Assembly: GCF_009914755.1 (NCBI RefSeq)
Contig: NC_060928.1
Reading direction: 5' to 3' (one strand)
Source of the DNA: the human T2T-CHM13v2.0 reference genome, Homo sapiens
DNA length: 64,000 nucleotides
The position numbers and the translations under genes were made by a program. The first letter of the stretch is position 1, and each line of letters starts with the position of its first letter. The notes below the pieces were generated by a model that was given only the letters and a program-made list of their open reading frames with translations, did not search any database and was not told the DNA's origin. Below are positions 11,571-24,251 of the stretch, one piece after another.

Positions 11571-11914
11571 TTTCTTGATTAAAATCTTTTTTTTTAATGA
11601 TTGCAACATTTATTTTAGATTGAGTGGGCACTTGTGCAGGTTCGTCATGTGTATGGATATTGCATGACACTCAGGTTTGGGGTAAGAATGACCCCCATCA
11701 CCCAGGATGTGAGCATAGCACCCACTGGGTAGTTTTTCAGCCTTTGTCTCCCTCTCACTCTCTATCCACTAGTAGCCTATTATTATTATTATTCCCATCT
11801 TTATGTGCATGTGTGCCCAATGTTTAGCTCCCACTTTTAAGTGAGAACATGCGGTATTTGGTTTTCTGTTCTTAAATTAATTCACCTAGAATAATGGCCT
11901 TCAGTGGCACCTAC

Positions 11915-12055
11915 ATTACTGCAAAGGACATGATTTTGTTCTATTTTATGGCTGCATAGTATATTTGATATAAATATGTTCTATTTTATGGCTGCATAGT
12001 ATATTTGATTACTGCAAAGGACATGATTTTGTTCTGTTTTATGGCTGCATAGTAT
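11915..12055. repeat. Complex local tandem duplication (48-bp copy, partial copy, 48-bp copy)
   Basis: 11915-11962 and 12008-12055 differ at one base. A partial copy lies at 11977-12009. Confidence 0.95.
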
Positions 12056-13064
12056 TCCATGGCATATGTGTGCCATATTTTCTTTATCCAATCCACCATT
12101 AATAGGTACCTAGGTTGATTCCTAATCTTTGCTATTGAGAATAGTGCTATGATAAATGTACTACTGCATATTTTTTTTGGTAGAACAATTTATTCTTCTT
12201 TGGATATACACCCAGCAATGGGATTGCTGGATTAAACGCTAGTTTCATTTAACTTTAGAAATCTCCAAACTTCTTTCCATAGTGACTGAACCAATTTACA
12301 TTTCCACCAACAGTATAAGCCTTCCTGTTTTTCCACAGCCTTGTCAGCATCTATTATTTTTGACATTTTAATAATAGCCATTCGGACTGGTGTGGTGGTA
12401 TCTCATTTTTGTTTTGATTTTTGTTTCTCTGATCATTAGTAAAGTGGAGCATTTTTTCCATGTTTGTTGGCCACTTGTATGTCTTCTTTTAAAAAGTGTC
12501 TGTTTATGTCCTTTGCCCATTTTATAATGAGGTTATCTGGTTTTTGCTTCTTAAATTGTTTAAGTTTCTTATAGATTCTGCATATTAGACCTTGTCAGAT
12601 ACATAGTTTGAGAAGATAGTCTCTCATTCTGTGGATCGTCTGTTTACTTTGTTTCTTTCGCTGTGCAGAAATTTCTTTAGTTTAATTAGGTCCCACTTGT
12701 CAATTTTTGTTACTGTTGCAATTGTTTTTGAGGGCTTAGTCATTTTCTTTTTGCCAAGACTGATGTCTAGAGAGGCATTTCCTAGGTTTTCTTATAGGAC
12801 ATTTCTAGTTTGAGATCTTACATTTAAAAGTTTATTTCATCTTCATTTAATTTTTATATATGGCGAATGTTGGGAGAACAGTTTCATTCTTCTGTATGTG
12901 GCTAGCCAGTTATCCCAGCATTATTTATTGAGAAAGAGGCCTTTCCTCATTGCTTATTTTTGTTGACTGTGTTGAAGATTAGTTGGCTTTATTTGTGGGT
13001 TCTCTGTTCTGTTCTATTGGTCTGTGTGTCTGTTTTCGTACCAAGATCATGCTGTTTTGGTTAC

Positions 13065-13420
13065 TATATTAGTCTGTCTTCCTGCTGCTGATAAAGACAT
13101 TCTTGAGACAGCAATTTACAAAAGAAAGAGGTTTAATGGCATTACATTTCCACATGGCTGGTGAGCCCTCACAATCATGGTGGAAGGCAAGGAGAAGCAA
13201 GTCACGTCTTACACAGATGGCAGCAGGCAAACAGAGAGAGAACTTGTGCAGGGAAACTCCCCTTTACAGAATCATCAGATCTCGTGAGGCTTATTGAATA
13301 TCATGAGAACACTATGGGAAAGACCTGCCCCCATGATTCAATTACTTCCCACCGTGTCCCTTCCACAACATGTGGGAATTCAAGATAAGATATGGGTGGG
13401 GACACAGACAAACAATATCC
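13065..13420 (-). mobile_element. THE1A/B solo LTR inserted in L1 ORF2
   Basis: THE1 text 'gctgctgataaagacat...gggtggggacacag'. 5-bp TSD gttac (13060-13064) / attac (13421-13425). Confidence 0.92.
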
Positions 13421-15231
13421 ATTACTGTAGCCTTATTATATAGTTTGAAATCAGGTAATGTGATGCCTCCAGCTTTGTTCTTTTTCTTAGGATTGCTCTG
13501 GCTATTCTGGCTCTTTGTTAGTTATGCATGAATTTTACAATAGTTTTTTTTTTTTTATTTTGTGAAACGTGACATTGGTAGTTTAATAGAAATAGCATTT
13601 AATCTGTACATTAATTTGGGCAGTATTACCATCATAATGATATTGATTCTTCCAATCCATGAGCATGGAATTTTTTTTTCATTTGTCTGTGTCCTCTATG
13701 ATTTCTTTCACTAGTGTCTTGTAGCTCTCTTTGTGGAGATCTTTCACCTTGGTAACATGTATTCCTAGGTATTTTACATTCATGTGTGTGGCTATTGTAA
13801 ATGAGATTGCATTCTTTATTTGGCTTTCAGGTTGAATGCTATTGGTGTATAATAATACTAATGATGTGTTTACATTGATTTTGTATCCTGAAACTTTAGT
13901 AAAGTCACTAATCAGTTCTGCAAGCCTTTTGGTGAAGTCTTTAGGGTTTCCTATGTATAGAATCATATAATCTGCAAGAGAGATAAATTGACTTCTTTTC
14001 CTATTTAGATGCCTTTTATTTTTTCTCTTGCCTGATAGCTCTGGCTGGGATTTCTAGTACTGTATTGAATAGGAGTGGTGAGAGTGGGCATCCTTTTCTT
14101 GTTCTAGTTCTTAGAGGACATGATATCAACATTTGTGCATTCAGTATGATGTTGGCTGTGGGTTTGTTATAGATGGTTTGCACCATTTTGAAGTATGTTC
14201 TTTCAATGCCTGATATGTCTGAGCATTTTTGGAGGATGTTGGATTTTATTGAAAGCCCTTTTCCATTAATTCAGATGATTCTATGGTTTTTGTTTTTAAT
14301 TCTGTTTATGTGGTGAATCACATTTATTGATTTGTGTATGTTGAACTGAATTGGCATCCCAGGAATAAAGCTTTCTTGATCGTGGTAAATTTACACTGAT
14401 GTACTGCTGAACTCAGTTTACTAGTCTTTTGTTGAGGATAATTCCATCTACGTTAATCAAGGAACTTGGTTTGTAGTTCTTTTGTTGTTCTTTGCCAGAT
14501 TTTGATATCAAGGTGATGCTGGCTTTATAGAATAAGTTAGGGAGGAGGCACTCTTTAATTTTTTTGAATAGTTTCAATATAATTGATAGCAGCTCTTCTT
14601 CGTATTTTTGATATAACTTGTCTGTGAATTCATCTGGTTCAGGGAATTTTGATTTGTAGGTTTTTTATTATGGATTCAATTTCAGAACTTGATATTATTC
14701 TGTTCAAGATTTCAATTTCTCCCTGATTCAATCTTGAGAGTTCTTGAGAGGTTATGTTTCAGGAATTTATCCATTTTCTCTAGATTTTCTAGTTTGTGTA
14801 CATGGAAATTTTTCATAATTGTCTTTGAGAATCTTTTATATTTCTGTGAGATCAGTTGTAATATCACCTGTGTAATTTCTAATTGTGTTTATTTGGATTT
14901 TCTTTCTTTTTTATTTGTTAATCTAGCTTGTGGTCTACTGTTCATTTCTTCAAAGACCAATTTTTGGTTTTATTGATTCTTTGTATGGATTTTTGGATCT
15001 CAATTTCACTCAGTTCTGCTATGATTTTAGTTGTTTATTTTCTTATGCTAGCTTTAGGCTTAGTTTGCTATCTTTTTGTGGTGTTTGGATTAAGTTATGT
15101 TTTATTTGATTTAAGAATAGTAACCACTGCTCTTTTTGTTTTCTGTTTGTGTTATGGATATTTCTCCATCCTTTTACTTTGAGGCTATAGATGTGGTTAC
15201 ATGTGAGGTGTGTTTCTTGAAGACAGCAGAT

Positions 15232-15386
15232 CATATACATATATACAAAATTTTATATATATATAATTTTTATATATATGTATATATATATTTTCTTTAG
15301 TATTGACTTTGAATAGTCTGGTGACTATATGCTTAGTTGACGTTCATTTTATATATATATGTATGTGTATATATATATATATGTAT

Positions 15387-15441
<55 letters not shown>

Positions 15442-15442
15442 T
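15232..15442. repeat. (TA)n/(TATG)n/(CA)n microsatellite with an embedded copied L1 segment
   Basis: Alternating TA runs flank 15291-15354. Confidence 0.9.
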
Positions 15443-17149
15443 ACAGCTTGCTACTCTGTGCCTTTTAAGTGGGGTATTTAGACCATTTCATTCAAGGTTA
15501 ATATTGACATGTGAGGTTTTTGATTCTATTGTGAAGTTGTTAGCTGGTTGATTTTTAGTTTCTATTGTGTGGTTGCTCTATGGGGTCTGTGGGCTGTGTA
15601 CTTAAGTGTGTTTTGTGGTAGCAGGTATCATTCTTTTATTTCCATGGTTAGAGCTTCCCCAAACATCTCTTGTAAGGCTGTTCCATTGGTAATAACTTCC
15701 CTTAATTCTTGCTTTTCTTAAAAAGATTTTATTTCTCCTTTGCTTATGAAGCTTAGTTTGATTGGATATCAAATCCTTGGTTAGAATTTCTTTTCTATAA
15801 GAATGCTGAGAATTGGCCATTATTCTGCTCTGGCTTGTAAAATTTTTATTAAGAAGACCACCGTTAATCTTACTGGGTTCCCTTTTTGTGTGATCTGACC
15901 TTTCTCTCTAGCTGTCTGTAAGAAATTTTCTTCAGTATTGACTTTGAATAGTCTGGTGACTATATGCCTTGTTGATGTCCATTTTCTATATTATCTTACA
16001 GGTGTTTTCTGGATTTCTTATATCTGAATGTCTACTTCTCTAGCAAGATTAGGAAAATTTTATTGAATTGTTTAATCAAATGTGTTTTTCAGGTTGTTTA
16101 CGTTTTCTCCTTCTCTCTTAGGAATGTCAGTAATTCATAGGCTTGATCACATTACATAATTCAATATTTCTTGAAGACTTCTTTATTTTTTTGGAATTTT
16201 TTTTTCTTATTTCTGACTGACTGAGTTAGCTCAAAAAACCAGAATTTGAGCTTTGAAATTATTTCCCCTGCTTGATCTAGTCTATTGAAAAAGCTTTCAA
16301 GTGTATTTTAAAATTTCTTGAGTTTTTTAATTCCAAAAGCTCTGATTGATTTCTTTGTAAAACATTTATATCTTATTTCATTTCTCAGATTGCTTTAGAA
16401 GTTTCCTTGTTTTTATTTTCAAACTTTTCTTGGATCTCATTCAGCTTCCTTGCAATCTGTGCTTTGAATTCCTTATCTGTCATTTCATCATTTCTGAGTT
16501 TTCAGTTTGGTTAGGTAGCATTGATGGCGAGCTAGTGACCCTTTGGTGCTGTCAAAATGTTCGGATTTCTCGTGGTATCAGAATTCTTGCACTGGTTTCT
16601 TCTTTTATTGAGATTTTGGCACTTCTAATATTGTCATTATTTTTGTGTGGATAGGATTTATTTTCTTTCTTTCTTTTCATATAATATTATTGGTTATATT
16701 ACTGTTTTCCATTTCCCCCCTCCCTAGGGTATGTGACTGTAGAGGATGTTGGGTAAAGTCTTTTGGCTTTGTTTCTATAGCCCTATAAACTTTTGTTGGC
16801 AAGTTTTATATTGGGCTGTGTATTCAACCTACAGGCCAGTAGATGGCATTATGGGTAAGAGTCAGCTGTGGCCAAAAGAGATATATACTTCATCCTTGTT
16901 TACTGGGAGAATTTCTGTTGCCTCAGGCAATGGGCTGATCTGTGGAGTGCACAGTGGTCTGAGCTCCCTATTCAGTCCCTAGATGGGAACCAAGATGGGA
17001 GGGGCTGAATGAGTCAAGCCTGCCTATAGGTCCCCAGATGGTAGGCACAAGCACCAGTACTGAAAGAGAATCCAGTGGGTGGCCACAAAATACCCAGTGG
17101 TATGTGTAAGCATGGAGCTTCAACTTTTCCTTGGCTTCAAGTTCAAGAT

Positions 17150-17765
17150 GCCTGGAGAGCTGCCTGGTAATAAAGTGTAGACAGTATCACTGCACCACGG
17201 TCTCTACACAGGAAGGGTATGATTACTCAGCCTGCTAATCCAGGTAAATAGGTGTTCAGGATGCCTGGAGATAGATATACTTGGGCATGGAATGGAGAGG
17301 GCCCCTGTGCACCATGGTCTCTGTGGAGGAACAGTGAGGTAGCTCAGGCTGATGATCCAGGCAAGCAGGTACTCTGCACACCTGGAGATGTGCCTAGGCA
17401 TGGAGCATAGAGGGCCCTGCTCCACAATGGTCTCTGAATAGGAAAGATGGGCAATTCAGACTGCTGATTCAGGTGACAAGTGCTCTAACTGCCTGGAGAT
17501 CTGCCAGAACATGGAGTAGAAAGGGCCCCGCTTCACCATTGTCTCTGCACAGGAATGGTGAGATGGCTCAGAATTCTGATCTGGGGAAGTGGGTTCTCTG
17601 ACTGCCTGAAAGCTTTCCTGAGCAAGGAGTAGAGAGGGTCCTGTTACACCGTTGTCTTTGCACAAGAAGAATGGGGTGGCTCTGGCTGCTGATGCAGATG
17701 AGCAGGTGTTCTGAATACCTGGAGCTATGGCTGAGCATGAAGAGAAAAAAGCCCTGCTACACTAC
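17150..17765 (-). repeat. ~113-bp tandem monomer array at the L1 5' end (5 units plus a partial)
   Basis: Unit starts '(g/a)cctg(g/a)a' at 17150, 17263, 17380, 17491, 17604 and 17717. Confidence 0.9.
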
Positions 17766-17861
17766 CTATTTCAATTATTAAAAAAGATTATCCATTATTT
17801 TTGTTAATTTTCCTCATTGATCTTCCCTATTTTTCTAAAGTTTATATATATACACATACAT

Positions 17862-18100
<239 letters not shown>

Positions 18101-18151
18101 CATTTTTTATATTAAAAAAATAAAAATATAAAAAATTTAAAAAAATACTTA

Positions 18152-18283
18152 CAAATTTTTGTTTCTAGAGATGGTATCTCACTTATTGCCCAGGCTGGCC
18201 TCAAACTCCTGGCTTCAAGTGACCCTTCCACCTAAGCCTCCAAAATTGCTGGAATTACAGGTTGCTTGCCACCATGTTTGGCC
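18152..18283 (-). mobile_element. FLAM / AluJ left monomer
   Basis: 'tagagatggtatctcacttattgcccaggctggcctcaaactcctggcttcaagtga...tggcc'. Confidence 0.8.
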
Positions 18284-19774
18284 TTCTTAAACATATTAAT
18301 GATAGTTATTTTAAAGTCTTTGTCTGCTAAGTCTAATATCTACATCAAATGAGGTTCTACTACTGTCTGCCTTTTCTATTGATGATAGGTCACATTCTGC
18401 TGCTTTATTTTTATATTTTGTAATTTGGGTTAATATTCTAGCAGTATGCAAAAAGAAGCAAAGCAGAGAAAACAAACCTACAGATTGCAGGGGCTTCATA
18501 TGATAAAACTTCCTATTGGAGAAGGTTTGTCTTTTTCACATTTAGTTGAGGGAATGACTACTTTAATCCTTTTAGAAATTACTCTAGATTGAAACTGGGT
18601 TGTATTTTAGTAAAACTAAGCCTTTTTGAGGTGCACTTCTGTTCTTGGTGTATGGCCAGCCCAGGCTTCTGATTGAAAACCTGTCAGATCTCTGTATTCA
18701 CAAAAATTAAAGACTGTGGAATATCCAGCTGTGATCATAATATCTGCACGTTCAGTTTGCAGCCCATCTCTTCAGCCTCACAGCCCAGGCAAATATCCCA
18801 GATAACTTCAAACCTGGCAAAATCTGGAGGTCGGGACCTACAGTGAGTTAAAGGCATATCTTTATCATAACTGTTCTTTGTTTCATAACCATAGTGAGAC
18901 ATGGGAAGATGTTATTTCATTTTCTTTAAAAAATAAACATTAAGCTCTAGTTTTAAACCTAACTTAACCACCATCTGCATAGCATTAAAATCAGCAAACA
19001 TGCCCAGGAAAACTATTCGATGGATATAATTAGTTTGCATAAAATAGGGTTTTTTCATTTCTGGAATTTGGTTCATCTAATACTTCTTCTAGACAATGTT
19101 GATGACTTTAAAATATGATTTTTATAATTTTTGTAATTCATCTTTTTTCCAGTAGCTGTAGTGAGTATGGTTTCGCTATGAATTAGTATAGTGTACTCAA
19201 AAGCAGGAGCCAAAACTAATTTACATTTTACAGATAACGTTTCTAAAATTACATCATTTATTCATTTATTATCAGGGGATAAGAAAATTGCCTTATGTTA
19301 TCTACTCATCTTTTTTAATTGACTTTTTTTTTTAGCTTTTTGTTATTCACAATGGGTGATTTTTATCTTGCTATCTTTTAACGTTAAAGATTCCGAGGTG
19401 ATTTAGGAAACGGTAAACCCACAGGGTACAGTTAAAGTGATCCTGAAAAGAGGCAAATAATGGAAATCTTGAATTTGAAAGAATACATTCTCTTCATATC
19501 ACCCTTTTCCCCACATCTGTATATTTTAATAATTGCTTGACCAATTGCTGTTTACCTTATCCAGACTTTAGGACCTTGAGCTCTTTATTTTGTGTTCAAT
19601 TATTCCAGAAATTTTGGCTTTATTATTACTTTTGTCCGTGTCGAATTAGTGGTTTTGTGTGATTCTTTATGTAAGTATCAACTGCATAAATTAAAACATG
19701 AATCTAATACTTAATATTCTTTTAAAGATTTTTATTAAAATGGTGGCCTTAACATGTCTATCCAAATTGATAGA

Positions 19775-20037
19775 TAAATAGAAAGTGGTTGAGAGTTTAG
19801 GTTCTGGAGCCAGACTGAGTTTTAATCACTTTTCTACCTTTTCTTAGTTATGTGATTATGAGGAAATAAATTAGTTGATATTTCTATGCCTCTGAATCTT
19901 CACCTGGTTAATAGGAATAATATTTTTATCATTTTTAGATTTTTACATTAGAGGGTTCAACAAAAATTGTGAAAAGCACTTATGACAGTGCCTGGAACAT
20001 TGTACTTACATAAAAAGTAATATGCCTTTTCATTATT
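19775..20037 (+). mobile_element. MIR
   Basis: 'gtggttgagagtttaggttctggagccagactgagttt...aaagcacttatgacagtgcctggaaca'. Confidence 0.75.
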
Positions 20038-20113
20038 ACCTATGCAATTTTTCACATAGCCTAATTTATACACATATATTCACAATTGTTAGAATAATCT
20101 TCTTTGGCTTTCT

Positions 20114-20249
20114 TTTTTCTTTCTTTTTTTTTTTTTTTGGATGGAGTTTCGCTCTTGTTGCCCAGGCTGGAGTGCAATGGCGCCATCTCAGGCTCACCGC
20201 AACCTCTGCCTCCTGGGTTCAAGCAATTTTCCTGCCTCAGCCTCCTGTA
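20114..20249 (-). mobile_element. 5'-truncated AluSp-like (right-arm part only)
   Basis: 'gagtttcgctcttgttgcccaggctggagtgcaatggcg'. Perfect 12-bp TSD ctttggctttct at 20102-20113 and 20250-20261. Confidence 0.9.
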
Positions 20250-20344
20250 CTTTGGCTTTCTAACTCCTAAAGCTATAGTAAAACATAAGTCCTGATTAAA
20301 GTTAAAAATAAATGTAACCTTATTTTATAGGATACTATCAAATC

Positions 20345-20842
20345 CTGCAATGGCAGTAATTCCTAGTTGCTTATTCTACTGTTCTTTCAAAGAAGAATCT
20401 TCCCATTTTATTCAAATAGAGGAGATACGGCAAATGTTTATTAGAAAATAAGTATTACAGTTCTCAGTGTCTCTTAGAATTATCTGCAGGCGAGAGACAC
20501 AAGAATTCACTAAGTGGGGCTAATAAGTAAGTTTTCAAAAGAATACATTCTAGGTGGTCTGTATGTTTTGTGTTTCGTTCTTACCTTTTTTTTCCTGATG
20601 GAAGCCTAGCACACTGGCTGGAGGTAAAGTAACAGTCTTGAAACCATAAGTTGAAAATAATGAAAACAAATATCATGTTTCAAGGATGGCTTCATTGAGA
20701 GACAGAAAATGACTAAGCCCTGGTTGGCAAATATGGGCTTACTGTATTAGCCCTTACTGTATTATACCAACATAGTGCCTGTGAGAAAAATAAAATTATT
20801 TGGTTAAGCTATTATAAAACTAGTTTTCCATTATATGTCAAC
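20345..20842 (+). mobile_element. Degenerate MLT1J/K-like LTR
   Basis: 'tggctggagg...cagtcttgaaaccat...aggatggc...gtgagaaaaataaa...ttggttaagctatt'. Confidence 0.45.
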
Positions 20843-21814
20843 AAGAAATTGAGAAAGAGAAGGCAGAAGGAACTGGAAATCCAGTTCAAAGAAGTCGTTT
20901 CACAGTTTTAATTATTTGACTTGCCAAAGTTTGTTATTCCAAGATTTTAAATGAAATACAAAATACTAAAAATGTAATAACTGTGTTACTAATAAGATGA
21001 TACAGCTATTTAAATTATTTAATTAAGTCATTCATATTCCGGTAGAAGCATCTAATGCTATATGCATGCTTGAATCAAGTGTAAGACACACAGCAGTGGT
21101 AATAAGAGGAAAGTCAATGAATGCATTCTTAAACTCTACAGGATTTTAAATTCCTGAGACCATTTCATTCATTTCACTTGTAAAAGGAGCAAAATTTCCA
21201 ATACAGGTATTTTTATTTTATGTATAATGTGATTCTGGGCTTTTGGGGATGAACATTTATCACATTTCTCACTTCCTCAATTTTTCTTACTTTTCTTCTG
21301 TGATGGTATTATAATAGTTACATCTAAATTACAGAACCTGAAGCTTTTGCTATTAGTGTCAAAACCTGGCATATTAAAGCACATATTAATCACATATTTA
21401 TGGAATAAAATTGATTTATTTTTAGTCATTTGCAAGTGATTCGTACTTTATAATTGAAATATACTGCATCTTTTTAGAATTTCAATAGATTTTCAGGTAA
21501 ATGAACCTACATTTACCTTGTTGAGTTAGAAAGATATTTGAGAGAAAATAACTGCATTTTGCAACAAAATAAATAAAAGATTTGAGATGTTAAAACGCCA
21601 TCCAAATCTGCCTAAGATCATGTACCTATGGAATTACTTTTAAAAAGAAGGGACCTTATGCAAAGTGCTATGAAATAACACACATTATTCAAAAACAAGC
21701 AGATAAATAAATAAACTAGTTTGTTAAATATATACAATGGTAGATATTTCCAGCCAAATTTTTAGACACCATGTATGTAATCATGTCTGTAATACAAGCC
21801 ACTTGACTGTGTGT

Positions 21815-21855
21815 GGTTATTCAACCATCTGTGGGTTATTCAACCATCTGTGGGT
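21815..21855. repeat. Perfect 19-bp tandem duplication
   Basis: ggttattcaaccatctgtg occurs twice in tandem. Confidence 0.95.
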
Positions 21856-22020
21856 AAGAAGCACGAAAACATTCATAAGATCTCCTATTCCTATCATTTC
21901 TACCATTCCCATCCTTGCTTCCTTTCCTTATCTTCTAGCATGCAAATGTTGGAATCCAAGGAAATGGAGCAGCAAGGAGAAAGAGGTGACACTTGGAAAC
22001 ATCATGACAGTTCCTGCGAA

Positions 22021-22112
22021 GGAGGAAGCCAGTTAGTGGAGGTGGAGCAAAGAACTAGTGGGCAAAGGAGGTAGCCAGTTTGTGGAGGTGGAGCAAAGAA
22101 GTAGTGAGAAGA
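22021..22112. repeat. 46-bp tandem duplication
   Basis: ggagg(a/t)agccagtt(a/t)gtggaggtggagcaaagaa(c/g)tagtg at 22021 and 22067. Confidence 0.9.
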
Positions 22113-22135
22113 GGAAGTTCTAAGAATGGTTGGGA

Positions 22136-22430
<295 letters not shown>

Positions 22431-22469
22431 GAATGGTTGGGAGATTTAGGCAATGAAGTTAATTAAGGA

Positions 22470-22885
22470 AATAATATTGAGGATAATAAGAGGCAGATTT
22501 CTCATGGTCTGCAAAAAGATTTACAAAATAGAAATGAGTAGGGCTACATACAGATGTAGACATAGGTATACAAATAGGTATATGTATAGTATATATATGT
22601 GGATATACATATAGGTGTGGATGTGTCTGTGTATATATGTATGCATAAATGTATGTGCATGTGTGTGTATATATTATATTAGTATAAGCATAGACAATTT
22701 TTGTATAGATAAATTTACATACATGTAAGCAAACAATGTACATACTAGAGAGAGAGTGCATGCAAATGAGGTAAAATTTTAATAACTAAGGAATCTGAGT
22801 AAAGGAAATGTTGAAATTCTTTGTCCTGTCCTTGACATTTTTCCACTTTTATCTATATTTGAAGCTATTTCAAAATTTTAGAAAG
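22470..22885 (+). mobile_element. L1MC-type 3' fragment with internal (TATG/TG)n low-complexity tract
   Basis: 'gcaaatgaggtaaaatt...ggaatctgagtaaagg...aattctttgt...tttgaagctatttcaaaat'. Confidence 0.55.
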
Positions 22886-23341
22886 AAGCAACTTTACAAA
22901 AATGAACAAACTCCCTTAGAAATGATACATGTTTTCCATAGATTTCTTTTAAAAAAGTACTTTGAACATTATTCATATTGGCCAAGGATTACTACAGCAA
23001 AATGATATAAAGTGGCTGATATTAATTTTTAATAAAATTTACATTCAACAGGCAATTCCTGAATCTCCAACCTCATTCAACTATGAGACTGGCTTAGAAG
23101 AAGCTTTTCAGGTAAAAAATAAAAATTGGAGCTTTCTGGCCAAGTTTTAAAAATGTTACTTAAAATATTTTGACAGCTGAAAACTAATACCATCTGACGC
23201 CTAGAAAACCTCATTCTTATCGTGTTTATTCTTAGTTTTGATCAGGAATATCCTAAAGCTATCTTCAAAGATTTTTAAATGAGGACACATTCAGCATCGC
23301 AAGGGTGACTTTTAAGAAATCATTTTTAAGACTTTTTAACT

Positions 23342-23907
23342 TGTGACAAGGCAGGAGCACCATCATCTCCAACAAACACCATCACTTTAAGTTCCAGCTC
23401 CCTTTCTAGTCTCATGCATTTCAAGGAAGTCACTTTTCTTCTAACTATAAGCAGCCAGCAAAAGCAGGCAGTAAAACACAGATAAGACAGCTTGGGCAAG
23501 GAGGGAGGTAGGGGGAAGTCTCTTGGGTAACTGCCAAACTTCACCCACACACAATGGGTCCAAGTAAAACAGTGGGCCTTAATAAGCACATTTCTTTCCC
23601 TTCAGGTGCACTAAGATAGGGAAGCTGAAAGCAGACTCAGGCAGGGTATGCCTGCAGCTGCAGAAAGATGTATGTGAAGAGACACACAACTCTCCCTCCC
23701 AGATAAGCATAACAAAGAGACACAGAAGCAGTACAAACCTCTAATAAACTCTCTCACCCTAAATCCTTAAACTCTTAGTCTGTAAGAGAGTGTGCCTCTG
23801 ACCTAACATGGCCAGAAGCCCCTCTCAGGTTTGTTTTCTCTAAAATAAACCTGTCTTGACTGGTGAGCCACCTTTTGTGTTTCTTTCCTCTTTCTTTAAT
23901 TCTTAGA
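23342..23907 (+). mobile_element. ERV1 solo LTR (MER66C-like)
   Basis: Reads tgtgacaagg...ttcttaga, with AATAAA near the 3' end. Flanks aact/aatt are a possible 4-bp TSD. Its 3' end resembles that of the LTR at 212-681. Confidence 0.75.
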
Positions 23908-24126
23908 AATTGAGCACCAACAAATCTCTATTACACGACCTTTCACAAAAGACAAATAATATGGATATAAAAAATTCTTGTCCCAAGAACTACACACATA
24001 GTATACAAGCAACAAATACTTGTGATTGATTGTTTAGATAAAATCATTTAGTAAGCTGGCCCCTTTAAGGTATAGCCAATTGGCTGAAATTGACCAAATT
24101 TAACAATATAATATCCACTGATTAAA

Positions 24127-24251
24127 TAGTTACTAGTCTTTTAAGATTATTCTTTTTAGTATAATAACATTCAACTAGTATTTTAAGATTATTCTTAACT
24201 AGTTAACTAGTCTTTTAAGATTATTCTTTTTAGTATAATGGCATTCAACTA
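24127..24251. repeat. Complex local tandem duplication (copy, partial copy, copy)
   Basis: actagtcttttaagattattctttttagtataat..cattcaacta occurs twice, with a partial copy between. Confidence 0.9.

Larger units (their letters stand above)
11326..17766 (-). mobile_element. Near full-length L1PA16-like LINE-1 (decayed, with internal deletion)
   Basis: 3'UTR from ~11590, ORF2 and ORF1 remnants (e.g. ORF 13679-13966 MILYIGNPKD...), and a 5' monomer array. Flanked by the direct repeat tatttcaatta at 11315-11325 and 17767-17777. Confidence 0.85.

Noticed and set aside
17150-17765. Regularly spaced array as a CRISPR or satellite
   Set aside because: Whole units are homologous with no unique spacers, the context is eukaryotic, and the array sits at the L1 5' end.
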